From Scyliorhinus canicula (Eukaryota): DNA of 64,000 bases. The notes beneath the pieces were generated by a model. The model was not told the origin of the DNA. It searched no databases and saw only the letters and a list, made by a program, of their open reading frames with translations. The position numbers were made by a program, and so were the translations under genes. The stretch's first letter is position 1; each line of letters opens with the position of its first letter. The stretch lies in the NCBI RefSeq assembly GCF_902713615.1, contig NC_052149.1, forward strand, positions 147,909,383 to 147,973,382, in the 5' to 3' direction. Of the stretch, positions 37,274 through 49,938 are shown in pieces.

Positions 37274-37717
37274 TCTCCATTTTTGTTTGCCCATCTCATA
37301 CATCATTTCTTCTGTGAGAAAGTGAATAGGCTGTATAATTCTAGGCTTGTTTAAATGTCACTTTCAAGGCAATCATAAAGAGGTGACTCAACAGGACAGA
37401 ATCCTTTTAATTGCACCACTTTAGTGGCACCACTGGGGCAGATGGTAGGGGAAGTAAAGAGGGCCATTAAACTGGGACCCAATTTGTGATTTGAAGCTGA
37501 AAGTGGCAGCAGGTATTATGGACATTTTTGGAAACACTAACTTATGCCTTTATTGTGGAAAGAGGTTCAGCAGAATTGCAGTGAATGCAGCAACTCGAGC
37601 TAAAACAAAGAGCCCATTTATATCCACTGATCACCAATTATAAATCATTGAGATGAGAATAATGGAGTATCATCATGTGGCACATTTGCCACAATATCCA
37701 CTATATACAGGGACAGT

Positions 37718-40700
37718 GGGCACGATTCTCCAGAAAGATTTCTAAGTATAGTAGAGAGCGGGAACTGCTGCAGGCTTCCCGGCACTCGACCCAGCGAGGC
37801 TGGCAACGCTATTCATCGTTAATTGGTCCACTAAATGTGGCCTCCCAAGTTTCGCGCCACAAATGGAGGCTCGCCAGCCGATTCACTGGGACTGCACTCA
37901 TCAGCGTTCCCTCTGCTAACAAGGTCCAGCATTTGCACAACAACCACACTCAGCTCGCGGCCAAGGCTCAGAGACGATCGGAGATGCAGACCTGGGGAGG
38001 CTCCTAGTTGCGCTGGAGGCCGGGTGGGATCTCCTGTTCCACCGAGTGTCCCGGAGAGTGAGCCACAGGGCAGACAGTGCCGCCTGGGATGAAGTGGCAG
38101 CGGCCATCAACTCAGGAAGCCTAACCAGGAGGACTGGCCTCCAGTGCCGCAAGGTCAACGAACTACACGGGCAGCATAAGTGGGTTAACTCACCCCCCCC
38201 ACCTCCGAGATCTGCCGGCCCAACCCATCCTTCACCCCCCCTCCCTTCACCATAATCCTCCCATTATTTCAAGCCTCCCATCACACCCCTGCCCACCCAC
38301 CTTCCTCCCGCCGGATGTGAACTGCACCTGTGGCTAACGATGCCCCCTCTGTTGCCACAGGAGAAGCTCGCCCACAATTGCCAGGAGAGGGCCCAGACTG
38401 GCAGAGGGGTGCCGGACATAAGAATCCTCATGACCTTTGGAGTACGGGCCCTGGAAGCGACTGGGGTGGCCGAGCACAGAGCAGACATCAATGTAGAGGT
38501 CGGTGCATGCCGCAGAGGTGAGGATCCATCGCGCCTCCAGAGAAAGACTGTCAAACGTGAATAGTAGTTAATGTGATACAGACTGACCCCTCCCTCCCAC
38601 TGACCACGTGTTCATTCCCCCGCTGGTCCTCCAGCCAATGGCGCTGGTCTATCCAGGGTGACCCTATCAGCCTTACCTCCCATGACACCACCACTGAGGA
38701 TGCCACAGTCGATGCGTCACAGCTGGCATCCACACCCTTCACCAACGCAGATACACGCACCTCGGTGGGCAACGTCAGTGGACAGGCTTCTGGGCACATT
38801 CTGGTGAGCACCACACAGTCATTGATGCACATCAGGTGGAGGCACGAACCCCCAGGCGACACATCAGTTGGAGGGCTGCTGGATCCCAGGATCCAGCTGC
38901 GACCCAGTCAGAGGCTGAGCCTCTGGAACAAGTTTACCTGGAGCTGATGGAGATGTTCGGGAGCAACTGGAACATCCAGAGGGAGGTGCCATTGACACTC
39001 CAGCAGGTCCATAGATGATGGGAGAAATCTCAGAGGCCACGGGCTTAGGAGATAGCGCCGGCAAGCGTGGCACCAAGAACAACACTGGTGGTGACTGCAG
39101 TGGAGAGCCTGGTGCACAACGTCGGCAGCATGAGTTAAGATGTCCAAGGCATTCTGTAGTCAGTGATGGCCATGGCTGAGGACCTCGGCAGAATGACTGA
39201 CTCATTGGGGGATGTGACCCAGTACCAAGCTGACCTTGATGAGGTTCTGCGTGACATACCCTGCTCTCAGGTGGGAATGGCTGAGGCACTGTGGAGCTTT
39301 TCCCGGTCGCAAATGAGCATTGCTGAGTCACTGCCGGGCATAGCCCAATCACTGAGGAGCATCACCGCGGGTGTCGACACCATGGTGTAGACAATGTGAG
39401 CCGTCAGGGCTGGCAGAGCCAGATGATGAAGGGGCAGACGGGGCTCGAACCAGCTGCCCCTCCATCCCAATGTGAACCCCAGAGTCCTATAGGCACTGAC
39501 CTGGAGGAGGGGGCGCTGGGTGGGCAACCCGGATCCATCCTATGGACTGGCGACGGTGGCCACCAGCCCCCCCGAGTTCCAATCCTCTGATGAGGCTGCG
39601 TCTCTGCTGACCAGTACGTTGGGGCATGGGTATAGTAAACAGCTGACTACCTTCACCTCTGATGTGCATCCTGGGGATACATCCAGATGTAGTGGTAGAG
39701 GAAGAAGGCCTAGCACATTGAGGATCACTGAGAGGGCACTGGGGAGGGGGGGGGGGAGGGAGCGGGCAATGTGGGGGGCTTGGGGAGGGACAAGGGAGGG
39801 AGGTTGGGGATAGTGGAGCGGCACCATAAGGAAAGTGGAGCAACTTGTACTACAAAGATAAAATACCTTCACCACAACCAGTATGACACCTCTGAATCTG
39901 TTCCGTGATGTGGGTCGAACACCAATCCCATGCTTTATCCCCCTGCCCCCACACGACACACCCTGCCCATGCATACCATACTGCGGACATGTGCCTGAGG
40001 CCCATCTCCATGATGATTCAAGGTTGGTCGCTGCGTCTATGGCACTGCCTCCCATAGGATTCAAGCACAAGTGTCCATGTATCAAGGTGTGATTAGGATT
40101 CCAGGCAATGAGCCCCACATGCTACATGGCCCATTCACCCATGGAGATCCATTTGGGATGTGTGAAGTGCTCATTTCACCACGATTGCCAATTACCTATT
40201 TGCAATGGCCTTCAGCCACAAGGCCAGAGGCCTCTGCGGTCAGTGGGAGTTTTGGGTGGTTGGTGGGGCAGACAAGCAGGGGCTAGGTTGCCCCAGGTAC
40301 GGGAACACACGGTCCGCCAGTTGACATGGCAGGCCCGTGCATGTCCACCCCCCCACCACCCCCCGTCCCCCGTTCCCCACCTCCGCATGCAGAGCACCCC
40401 CCCAGACCCCATTGCGGCCCAAGCTCTGTCATAAAACAGAAGAACCCATCCACATGGACACGAGGAACCCCCGCCCCGCCCCCTCCCACCGCCCAGCAGG
40501 GCACTCCCCCAGATCCCATCGTGGCCCACCCCCAACTGGGGCTGCACCCCTTTGCTTGGATCTCTTTGAACACAGAGGTAAGGGCCGGGATGTGGTGCCC
40601 GCAGTTTCCGGCGCAAACGGTGATGCGGGCACGAAGTTCCATGAGAAGCCAAAACTGAGAATCTCACCGGTGAGATCTCAGGATGCGATTGGTCCCACCC

Positions 40701-41353
40701 AAGAAGGTGGTGAACCTCATTTAAATGCATTTAAATATCACTTGCGGACCTCCCTACTGTATTGTCCCCCCACATTAGGATCTCCTCCATCACGTTGGCA
40801 AGGTTTATAACAGATTTTTAAAAATATTAACCAGGTGAAGGAAACATCCTGGGAGTGAACTGGTAAGTACAGCCAGCCCTGGGGAGATAGGGACTTGTCT
40901 TAGCACTGCCCCCTTGCACTGTCTCCAGCACTGCGTCTGGCACTGCACCCTGCCATCTTGGCACTACCATCTGACATTACCTCCTCAGGGAGCTGTGCCA
41001 CGGCAGTGCCAAGGGGCAGTGCCATGGGGGTGTCTTCTGGGAAGCACCATGGGGGTTTGAGAGTGGGCTGCCATGGGGAGCTAGGGGGGGGCTTCTGTGC
41101 ACTGGTGTGGGGGGGCGGTCATGCATGGGCCCACCATGCCACCCCCGAACCTTGTGCTGCGTACCTCAGGCAACCCTATGTATTTGGGGGGGGTTGGAGA
41201 ATTCCCATGTATGGGGGGTGGGTGTTCCTTATGTGCATGTGAAGGGGTTCTTTGTTTTTTTGACAGAGATTGGGTGCCTGTTAAAACAGCGTGCTGCACA
41301 CCGCTTTTCTCGCCTGGTCCAGCGAATAGAAGAAAAAATGGAAAGTCCCGCCC
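37718..41353 (+). mobile_element. Harbinger/PIF element carrying a Myb/SANT-like gene remnant
   Basis: GGGCACGATTCTCC / GGAAAGTCCCGCCC termini like the MITEs; internal Myb-like coding remnant. Confidence 0.75.
37960..39390 (+). pseudogene. Harbinger ORF2-type Myb/SANT-like DNA-binding protein, spliced and decayed
   Basis: DADLGRLL...AWDEVAAAINSGSLTRRTGLQCRK-VNEL; acceptor CCACAG|GAGAAG (EKLAHN.QERAQTG), donor GAG|GTGAGG; heptad-like region 38930-39390. Confidence 0.7.
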
Positions 41354-41808
41354 AAGACGTTCTTAATCACAGTAGACTACGACTCAAGTTAACTGGAGGT
41401 CAAGCAACTGCAGGGTCACACTGAAGCGATCACATTGTTCCAGGAGGTTTTGCAATGTTTGGAATTCCAGACATTGCAATCTCAGGCAATGGGCTGCAGT
41501 TTGCCAAGTATATTCTCAAACCAGTGGTGAAGCTGAAAGAGGAATCTGCAGCATGATTTACTGCCATGTGAACTCTTAATGGAAAGAAGACTGAGAAGTC
41601 AACACTGTTCACCCAGACATACTCATGCAGCATGTACAAGCTAATGATTTGGACAAAGTGAGGAAAAAGGAGGATGAGTATCATTCCAACCAGTCGTGGA
41701 ACTATGACAAATGCCACAGAGCATATCGCCTGCCAGACCATTAACCACAGGAGTCAGTTTGCATCAAAGATCAAGATCATTACGAACAAATGGTTGAAGA
41801 GACACCAC

Positions 41809-43019
41809 GGGCTGGATTCTCCGTTTAGGAGACGAAGGGTTGATTCTCTGGTTTTGGGACTATGTCCCTACGCCGTTGTAAAAACTGTGGCCTTTCATGA
41901 CAGAAAAACTGGCGTGAAAGGGCCACATATTCCTAGCCCTGCAGGGGGCTAGCAGTGAACCATCTTAAAACTAGCAGTTTTTGCTGCAGATACGGCCCCC
42001 CCGCACCTCCGGGTCAGAGGCCACGCATGTGCACGGCGGCAGCCTCAAGCGGCCACGCCATGCTCCTTGGTGAATTCAGACCGCAGAGCTGGACCTTAAA
42101 CATAGTACCCCCGATCTGCCATGCGCCCGACCCAGACTGCCCGCCCATAAATTGCCCGGTCACATTTAAGACCCCCCTGCATTCCGATCAGCTCCCGACC
42201 AGGACAGCCGTGGACTGAGTCTGCAGCCGCCACGCTAGTATCCCAACCGGCAGGACCATGTTAGATCCAAGCTGTCGGGATTTTGGCTGGTCAAGGGCGG
42301 AGAATGGCAGGGCCTCCATCAATGGCTGCTTTTTGGGGCCCGGAGAATCGGGGAACCAGCGCTGGCCTCGATTCCGTGCGGGAAAATAGATTTTCCGCCC
42401 CGGCGCCGGCCGTGATTTTGGGGTCGGTGTGCGAAGAATCCAGCCCTAAGTCCCCACTCCGACGTAGAAACGGGAGTGTTTTACGCCAGGAAAACTGCCA
42501 CAAAACGGCCACTGATTCCCTGCTCCAGGGGCGGCTAGCAGCCAGGCAGCGTAGAGTTCGCAGCTCTAGCTGCCGATCCGGCCCGGAGCATTGCCAGGTC
42601 TGTGGCCGCTTCATGGCGGACGTAGCCTGCGAACCCAGACCGCAAAAATAATCCTCCGCTTCGGCCGGCTCGTGCATCCCAGACTGCTCCCCCACAGTGC
42701 CCCCAGTCCCGGATAATGCCCTCCCTGTCCGCAGATCGGCCCTCCACCGACTGTGGCGCCGTTGGACTGAGTCCACAGCCGTCACGCTGAGACCATGAGA
42801 GCCCCATGCCGTCGGGAACTCAGCCGGCCGGGAGCCGGGCATCGGGGGGCAGGCCTCAGGCAATGACCTGAGGCCGTAGATACGGCGTGCGGTGTACTCC
42901 TAAATTATGCCACTTTTCAGGGGGCGGAGCATCGCGAAAGCGGCACTGCCCCCGATTCTGTCGTCATCGGGGATTCTCCGCTCCGTTGCAGAATGTGATT
43001 TCAGCAGAGAATCCAGCCC
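41809..43019. mobile_element. Harbinger-type MITE (outer)
   Basis: GGGCTGGATTCTC / GAGAATCCAGCCC TIR; 3-bp TSD CAC. Confidence 0.85.
41837..42446. mobile_element. related Harbinger-type MITE nested in the outer copy
   Basis: GGGTTGATTCTC / AGAATCCAGCCC ends; flanks GAA/TAA; colinear similarity to the outer element. Confidence 0.8.
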
Positions 43020-43461
43020 CACATCAGCGGTCCTACTGCATCTAAACAGAAAGTGGCACCGTGAGACGGAGCAGACATGCGCTAGTTGCCACACAGAAGC
43101 AACCTCTTACACAATCAGACCAGTCATCGATCCAATCAAACCAGAGATGCTGTGTTCATTAAGAGATGCAGATGACCACCTGATTACTGAACCAGAGTCA
43201 ATTCTCCTTCTGCAGAGTTTGAGATGCCACATGCAGGACTCAAATCGCCAATCTCCACCAAAAGAGTAGAGGACCCATTTGGTTAGACTTGTGAAACTGC
43301 CACAGCGGTTGTCCCTATAAAAAAGAAATGCAAGTCAGAGATTTGGGGTGGAGATGTAATATAGTGGAGAGAATTAGAGACTCTTGGGGTGGCAGATTTA
43401 GTATAGTGAGGAGAATCAGAGATTGTTGAGGTGTATTATAAGGAGTTAATTCTCACTGTGT

Positions 43462-43690
43462 GGGCAGCACAATAGTTCAGTGGTTAGCACTACAGCCTCA
43501 CGATGCCGAGGTCCCAGGTTCGATCTCGGCTGTGAGTCACTGTGCGTGTGGTGTTTGCACATTCTCCCCGTGTTTGCGTGAGTTTCGCCATCACAACCCA
43601 AAGATGTGCAGGGTAGGTAAATTGAATACACTAAATTGCCCCTTTTGTGGAAAAAATGAATTAGGTACTCTAAATTTATATATAAATAAA
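43462..43690 (+). mobile_element. short HE1-related SINE (short-tail type)
   Basis: GGGCAGCAC head, GGTTCGATC B-box, ends AAATTGCCCCTT...AAAATGAATT; same type as 58470-58672 and 59326-59510. Confidence 0.8.
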
Positions 43691-44380
43691 TTCTCACTGT
43701 GTGATATGCTAATGATACACAGTATACATCATCACAGGGAGTGATGCAATGTCTTATTATTGTGTCCTGCCTTAGAGACCCCGTGGTGAGATGTAACTCG
43801 CAGTAAGATGTGTTCCAAAAAGGTTGATGTTTCCTTACCTCAACAGACTCTGAATATTCTGTGTTAGCACAATGAAACCAAGAATTATACCACCCATGAT
43901 TTGTAAATTTCAGGAACAAATTGCTTTCTTCCTCCTACTGTTTCCACTAACTGCAGGCCCACAGGTCCACAGCAACCAATTTCCACAACCATCCACCCCC
44001 TATCAAATTATCAAATGGGTTGCTAAGGGTAACTGAGAAGTCCAGTTTTATAAAATTCAAATTGCGCTGATGGAATGAAATAACGTGGAATTTAATCTAA
44101 CCCATTGTGGCAGGAAACAACATAGCCGGTCCCACTTAATGGTGGTAGAGGCAGCGCATCAGTCTTGTCACCCGCATCCCACTCGTGAACTGCAAGTAAC
44201 CCGTTGAAAAGGAAGTAGGACCATAAATAACAGTGTGGTGAGCCAGGGGCTAGAAGTAGGAAGAAGGAGACGTACCGAATCTGTAATGTGTTACAACTGT
44301 GCTATGGAACCTAAAAAAATGGTCAAAATATTGCAATAGTTATTGGCAAATGTGTGACTGGGTTGGTTGCTTAGAGACAG

Positions 44381-45140
44381 AGGCCGGGATACTCCCCTAC
44401 CCGGCGGGGCGGGGGGTCCTAGCGTAGCGGAGTGGCGCTAACCACTCCGGCGCGGGCCTCCCCAAAGGTGCAGAATTCTCCGTACCTTTAGGGGCTGGGC
44501 CTGCGCTGGAGTGGTTTCCGCTCCGCTGATGGCGCCAAAACCAGCGGCAATGGCCTTTGGCACTACGCCACCTGGCGTTGGGGCTGGCCAAAAGGCATTT
44601 GTCGGGCCACACACGCGCCGGTGCATCAGCGGGCGCTGACATCACCACCGGCACATGCGCGGTAGGGGGGTCTCTTCCGCCTCCGCCATGGTGGAGGCCG
44701 TGGCGGCGGCGGAAGAAAAAGAGTGCCCCCACGGCACTGGCCCGCCTGCCGATCGGTGGTCCCCGATCGCGGGCCAGGCCATTGTAGGGGCACCCCCCGG
44801 AGTCTGATCGCCCCGCACCCCTCTCCCAGGATCCCGGGGGCCCGCTCGTGCCGCCAATCCCGCCGGCACCAGAGGTGGTTTACACCACGCCGGCGGGATT
44901 GCCCTGTCAGCGGTGGGACTTCGGCCCATTGCGGGCCGGAGAATCGCCGCGTGGGGCACACCGATTGGCAGAACAGCGCGAATCACATCTTGTGTCCCAT
45001 TGCGTGCACCTGACGAGCAGACCTCCCACTCCTGCCGATTCCCGGGTGGCGGAGAATTCCGGCCAAGGGGCGGGCGGGATTTACGCCGGCCCCGGGCGAT
45101 TCCCCGACCCTGCGGGGGGAGGGGTCGGAGAATTCCGCCC
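44381..45140. mobile_element. GC-rich Harbinger-type MITE
   Basis: Colinear with 59697-60422; termini (A)GGCCGGGATACTCC / GGAGAATTCCGCCC; flanking (C)AGA duplication. Confidence 0.85.
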
Positions 45141-48100
45141 AGAGAAGTTGGTGTCAATTAGTTAATCGTTGGGATTTTATGCTCCTGCTTTTGTCGGGCG
45201 TTTCCGGCGACAGGAGAGGAAAGTTTCATGAGGACTCCCAAATTGGGTTTCACACTGATGTAAACACGTGATGTGATGATCCCATCCCCCCTCAGTAACC
45301 TAGTGCATTTCTCATAGTTCCACATTGAGAACATCATTTGAATATATTTACGTTTAATTATCAGCCCTCTACTCCTGACCCCTAGCCCCTCCCCACCCCC
45401 TTCCCCCAACCAGGTCAGAAAATCCATTCACGTCAGCATGAATGCAGAACAGCGCGAATCACATCTTGTGTCCCGTTGCGTGCACCTGACGAGAAGTCCT
45501 CCCAGAGGAGCTCAGATGAATGCATTGCTCGAGGGGCTGAGGGGTGTGCCCAGGCACTCCGGAAAGTGTGAGGGGCAGTGCCAGGGGTCAGTGCCCAAAG
45601 GCATCCCCTCGACTGATTCTCGTTTGGCCAAACTTGTAGTAAACCTCGCCACCATGATGAATATTTAGTGAGGGGAATCATGTGGTGGTGGGGGGCGGGG
45701 GATGTTAACAATATTTAAATACATTGCAATTTATTCAAATGAGGTTCACCGCCCTCTGTGGGTGTGAACCTCGTGCCGTCACTGGCGAGGGGCGTGGGAT
45801 CTCTCCAGGGCGAATCACGCTTTCCAACTGTTTCCAGGTTTCCCGCCTGCATCACCGATCCTGCGCATGGCTACTGCAGACTCAAAATTGTCCCCTCAGT
45901 TGCTGGCGGCGCAGGTGAATCAGAGGCTGTCCTGCAAGCGTTACATTGTGGGACCTGCCCCTTGAGGGGTTTTGTTCCAGGCAGAGAAAGCCACCATTGC
46001 TGTCAGCAACTTCAACGCCACTTTCCGACCCATCATCGGCCTTTCCTGGATTCTGGGAATATTTCGCCCAATGCCTTGTTATCAGGTAAGAACTGAAGAA
46101 CAAGGAACTAGCTATGCAAGGTGGTCAAAACGTGACGAGGCTCCGAAAACCAAACAGATGATGAGATTGGTGAGAGTTCGATCGACTGTGAATGAAGCTG
46201 CGCACCGTGAAATCTGTCAACAGACAACTGGTCAAACACTGAGCCTTGAGAAGTTAGGTTCAGCCGATCCAGAGCCAATTACGCAGGCAGTGTTCACAGA
46301 GCGAGGTGTATGAAATTGTGTTCAGGCGTAAGAATTAGCGCTCTCAGGATGAAGTAGTCCTGTCAACTACATGGAGACTGGAAGGAGTCTCAGACAATCC
46401 CAAGTAGACTTGCCCGCGAGGACAAGTGAGTATAATTCTTATTGAGTGTAAGATTTTGGAATGCTGAATAAATGTGCTGTGTGAAAACAATAATTGTAGT
46501 CTTGAGTTGCTGATACCTAGAGTAAACCTCTGGACCGGCAGTCAGGAGTTAGCTCGCAGTCTTTTGGTGATCAGTCTCCCGGCAGCAGGAAATCATCCCA
46601 TGATTAAGCCAAAGGTGGGAAGGGACCACTGAGAAATCTGGATGCAAAGTAGGCTCATTAATGAGCTAATTGACACTATTTATCTCTGAACCCAGTAGTG
46701 CTTTATGGATTAAATAGAAATCACACAGCTTTCCCATACCTCGCAAAGGTTGCCGAGCAATCCCAGTAGTTCACAGGGAAGGGCACTCCATGTCTGATCG
46801 ATGAACCCAGCATTGGGAAGGGGGAGGACGTGCTGAAAGCCACCTACATGCCCTTCTTTCCAATGTCTGGGCCCCTTCATGTGACTTCCTCCCTGTAACC
46901 CCCATCATGTCTCTCACCTGAGTCCAGGGACAGAACAATGATTCCTGAAATATCATCGGCAGCAACCTCTGCTCACAGTTGGTGCTGCCAGCAATGGCTC
47001 ACAGCTCATGGCAAGTGGGATTTGTGTCCCAGGCTCCTAAACCTCAGGGAGGCCCCAATTCTGGCCAGGCACTTTATTTGGCCAGTCTCCCCCTTGGAAG
47101 CAATGGTGGTTTCTCACCAGTCCCCCAGTGGGCAGTGTTGTATTCTCTATTCTGCTTCACCTGGATGCCTTGGATGCGCTGTATTGAATAAAGAACATAA
47201 AGCTTTGTTAGCGAATTAAACTCGAAATTTAGTACACTATTAACTAAGATTAGTTCACATTCCTAAAGTAGAAGGTTATTGTACAAAACTATGCTGTCTC
47301 TAACTTATAGAACTCTCAAGTATACAAGTGATCTCTATGCCTGACTATCTTATCCAGCTCCCTCCGAACTCTCAACTCCTAATCATCTTCTAATCCTAGA
47401 ATCCGTAGTCACATTCCCTCCAGTGGTAAGAAGCGTTATCATTAACTTGTTAACTCTTTACATCCCAGTCAATATACATATCATTACAGGCATGACCCAT
47501 GTTGGGAATATTAAGTCCAGCCCATTCTGCATTCTTAATCTTCAGGTGACATTGCTGCCAAGTTGGGAGATCTTGGTTAACATTTCCAACTTTCCTTCCC
47601 ACCTCTGGATGAAACATCTAGGGCCAAATCTTTGTGAAGAGTACACGTATTGGGAGTTGGGATATTTCCCAACCCTGTAATTCTGTCTCTGTCCTGGAGG
47701 AGCCCATTCACCCTGTTTTCATGTTGGGGAAGAAGGCATGTGTTGGAGATAGGCCAGTTGGCTCTGGAGGCAAGATCGAGGCAGCATCAGATATTGTCAG
47801 ATGGTCTTGGACAGTTGTATTCCAGTTGTATTCGTAGCTCTCATCCTCCACTCATGCCTCCTCAATGTCATATTTTATATCTCATTCCCTTTCTATGCCC
47901 CATTCTCATATCCCCATGGCCTCATCATGCCTCCCATGCCTTCACCATGCTCACCACACAGTTGGTACAGAAGCATTTGAGCAAATAATAACATTGGAAT
48001 AATCATGAAAAGAAAACAGCCATTCAAAAATCATTTTGAAAAACATTACCCCTCTCACTTTCTCATACAGCTGTCAAACACATGCATGAACAGCCCCACT

Positions 48101-48509
48101 GAAGAAACTGTTACTCCACTTCACCTTCTTTATCTTGTCCAAATAAACTCACAGGCATTGAAAAACAACTTAAAAGAAATATTGGGTAATTACAAGATTA
48201 TAATGATGTTAATCAAAGCTAGATGTCTCGTATGAAACTGTGTCAACAGACTTTTGTGATTGGTGAAACATTCATAATGAGGTAAATCAACGAAGCAGGC
48301 TCACTTCCTGCAATGGAACTTGCAAGGCTGGGAGTGTTGCATAGAAACATAAATTTTAGGTCTTCCGGTTGCGGCTATGCGTAGCTAAGCCACACGTTCG
48401 GCAGCTCCCCGCTAGAAACGGAAATCGGGGCTCTTTTTAGGGCCCCCAGCAGTGCTTGATCGACGATTCCCGACGTGGGAAGGGGTCTGCAGTAGATCCC
48501 CAGGGTTCT

Positions 48510-49348
48510 ATGGTCCGGACCAGGAGTGGGGCAAGCAGAAAAGCGGTGGCAGCGCCTCTGGAAAAGCGGGGGAAGGAAAACAAAATGGCGGCCGGCGGAG
48601 CCCTCGAGGAGTGGAGGCAGTGGGCGCAGGAGCAGCAGGAGACTCTTCAGCGCTGCTTTCAGGAGCTTAAGGTGGAGCTGCTGGAGTCGCTGAAGGCTAC
48701 CACCGGTAAGCTGCTGAAGACTCAGACAGCCCAGGGGGCCGCAATCCGGGAGCTGCAGCAGCAGGCCTCCGAAAGAGAGAATGAGGCCGCGGCCCTCGCG
48801 GGGAAGGTGGAGATGCACGAGGCGCTCCTTAAAAAGTGGCACGAGCGGATCGATGAGATGGTGAACCGGTCGAGGCGGAAAAATTTGCGGATCCTGGGCC
48901 TCACGGAGGGGCTGGAGGGGTCGGACCTGGCGGCCTATGTGGTCGTTTTGTTGAACTCGCTGATGGGAGCTGGGTCCTTCCAGGGGCCCCTGGAGCTGGA
49001 GGGGGCCCACAGAATACTGGCCAGGAGGCCCAAACCGAATGAGCCGCCGCAGGGGGTGCTGGTACGGTTCCACCGGTTTGTTAACCGGGAGTGCGTGCTT
49101 CGGTGGGCCAAGAGGGAGCAGAGCAGCAAGTAGGAGAACACGGTGGTGTGGATCTACCAGGACTGGAGTGCGGAGGTGGCTAAGCGGAGGGCCGGACACA
49201 ACCGGACGAAGACGGTGCTCCACAGACAGAGTTTGGCATGTTGCAGCCGGCGCGTCTGTGGGTCACCTACAAGGACCGTCACCATTATTTTGAGTTCCCG
49301 GAGGAGGCGTGGGCCTTTGTGCAGGCCGAGGAATTGGACTCAAACTGA
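48510..49348 (+). pseudogene. L1 ORF1 (coiled coil, RRM, CTD)
   Basis: SRRKNLRILGLTEG...LEGAHR...VLVRFHRF; premature TAG at 49131 and a downstream frameshift. Confidence 0.88.
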
Positions 49349-49938
49349 GGGTCAGGGATGGGGGTTTTGTATGTAAATGTAACTGTGTCTATTTTTTGCA
49401 GGGGGGGTTCTCTGTTTCGTGCAGGATGTGTGTTGCCTTCAGGGTGGTGGGGCGATGTCTTTTTGTATGGGTCTGGTGGACGGGTTCGGGCAGGGAGGTA
49501 AACTGGGAGTGCGGGGAGCTGGTGGTGGGGACCGGCAATGGGAGCTGCCCTAGAGGAGGCGGGATTGGGCAGGGCGAAAGCATGGGCTTTCCTCTTGTTT
49601 CCCGCGCTGCGGGGTGATGAGGGCGGGGTCGGGGCTGAGAAACACGGGCCTTTCCTTGTTTTTATTTTCCCGCGCAAGAGTGGGTGGGGGGGGGGGGGGA
49701 GGAGGGCCTGCTGATGGGCACGGAGGAGGAGGAGTAGCCCCACCTGGGGAGGGGTCTGAGGTGTGGCGGGAGTCGCCGGAGTCAGCAGAAGTTAGCTGGC
49801 TCACGGGAGTGCTATGGAGGGGGGGGTGCGGCTAGGAGGGGTAGGGGTCCTAGCCTGGGGGGGGGGGGGGGGGGGGTTGCCGCCATGGGGAACAAGCCGA
49901 GCGGGGGGCGCTGGCCAGTGGCGGGCAGGGGATGGGTT

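Larger units (their letters stand above)
41400..43875 (+). mobile_element. degenerate Gypsy 3' end (integrase remnant, PPT, LTR from ~43354), split by MITEs and a SINE
   Basis: FAMFGIPDIAISGNGLQF and MERRLRSQ remnants; ...VKLPQRLSL* then GGGGTGGAGA|TGTAAT. Confidence 0.55.

Noticed and set aside
46077-47488. Two further LTR-like segments (46077-46540, 47180-47488)
   Set aside because: TG...CA ends and poly(A)-like signals only; no TSD or second copy, so not listed as features.
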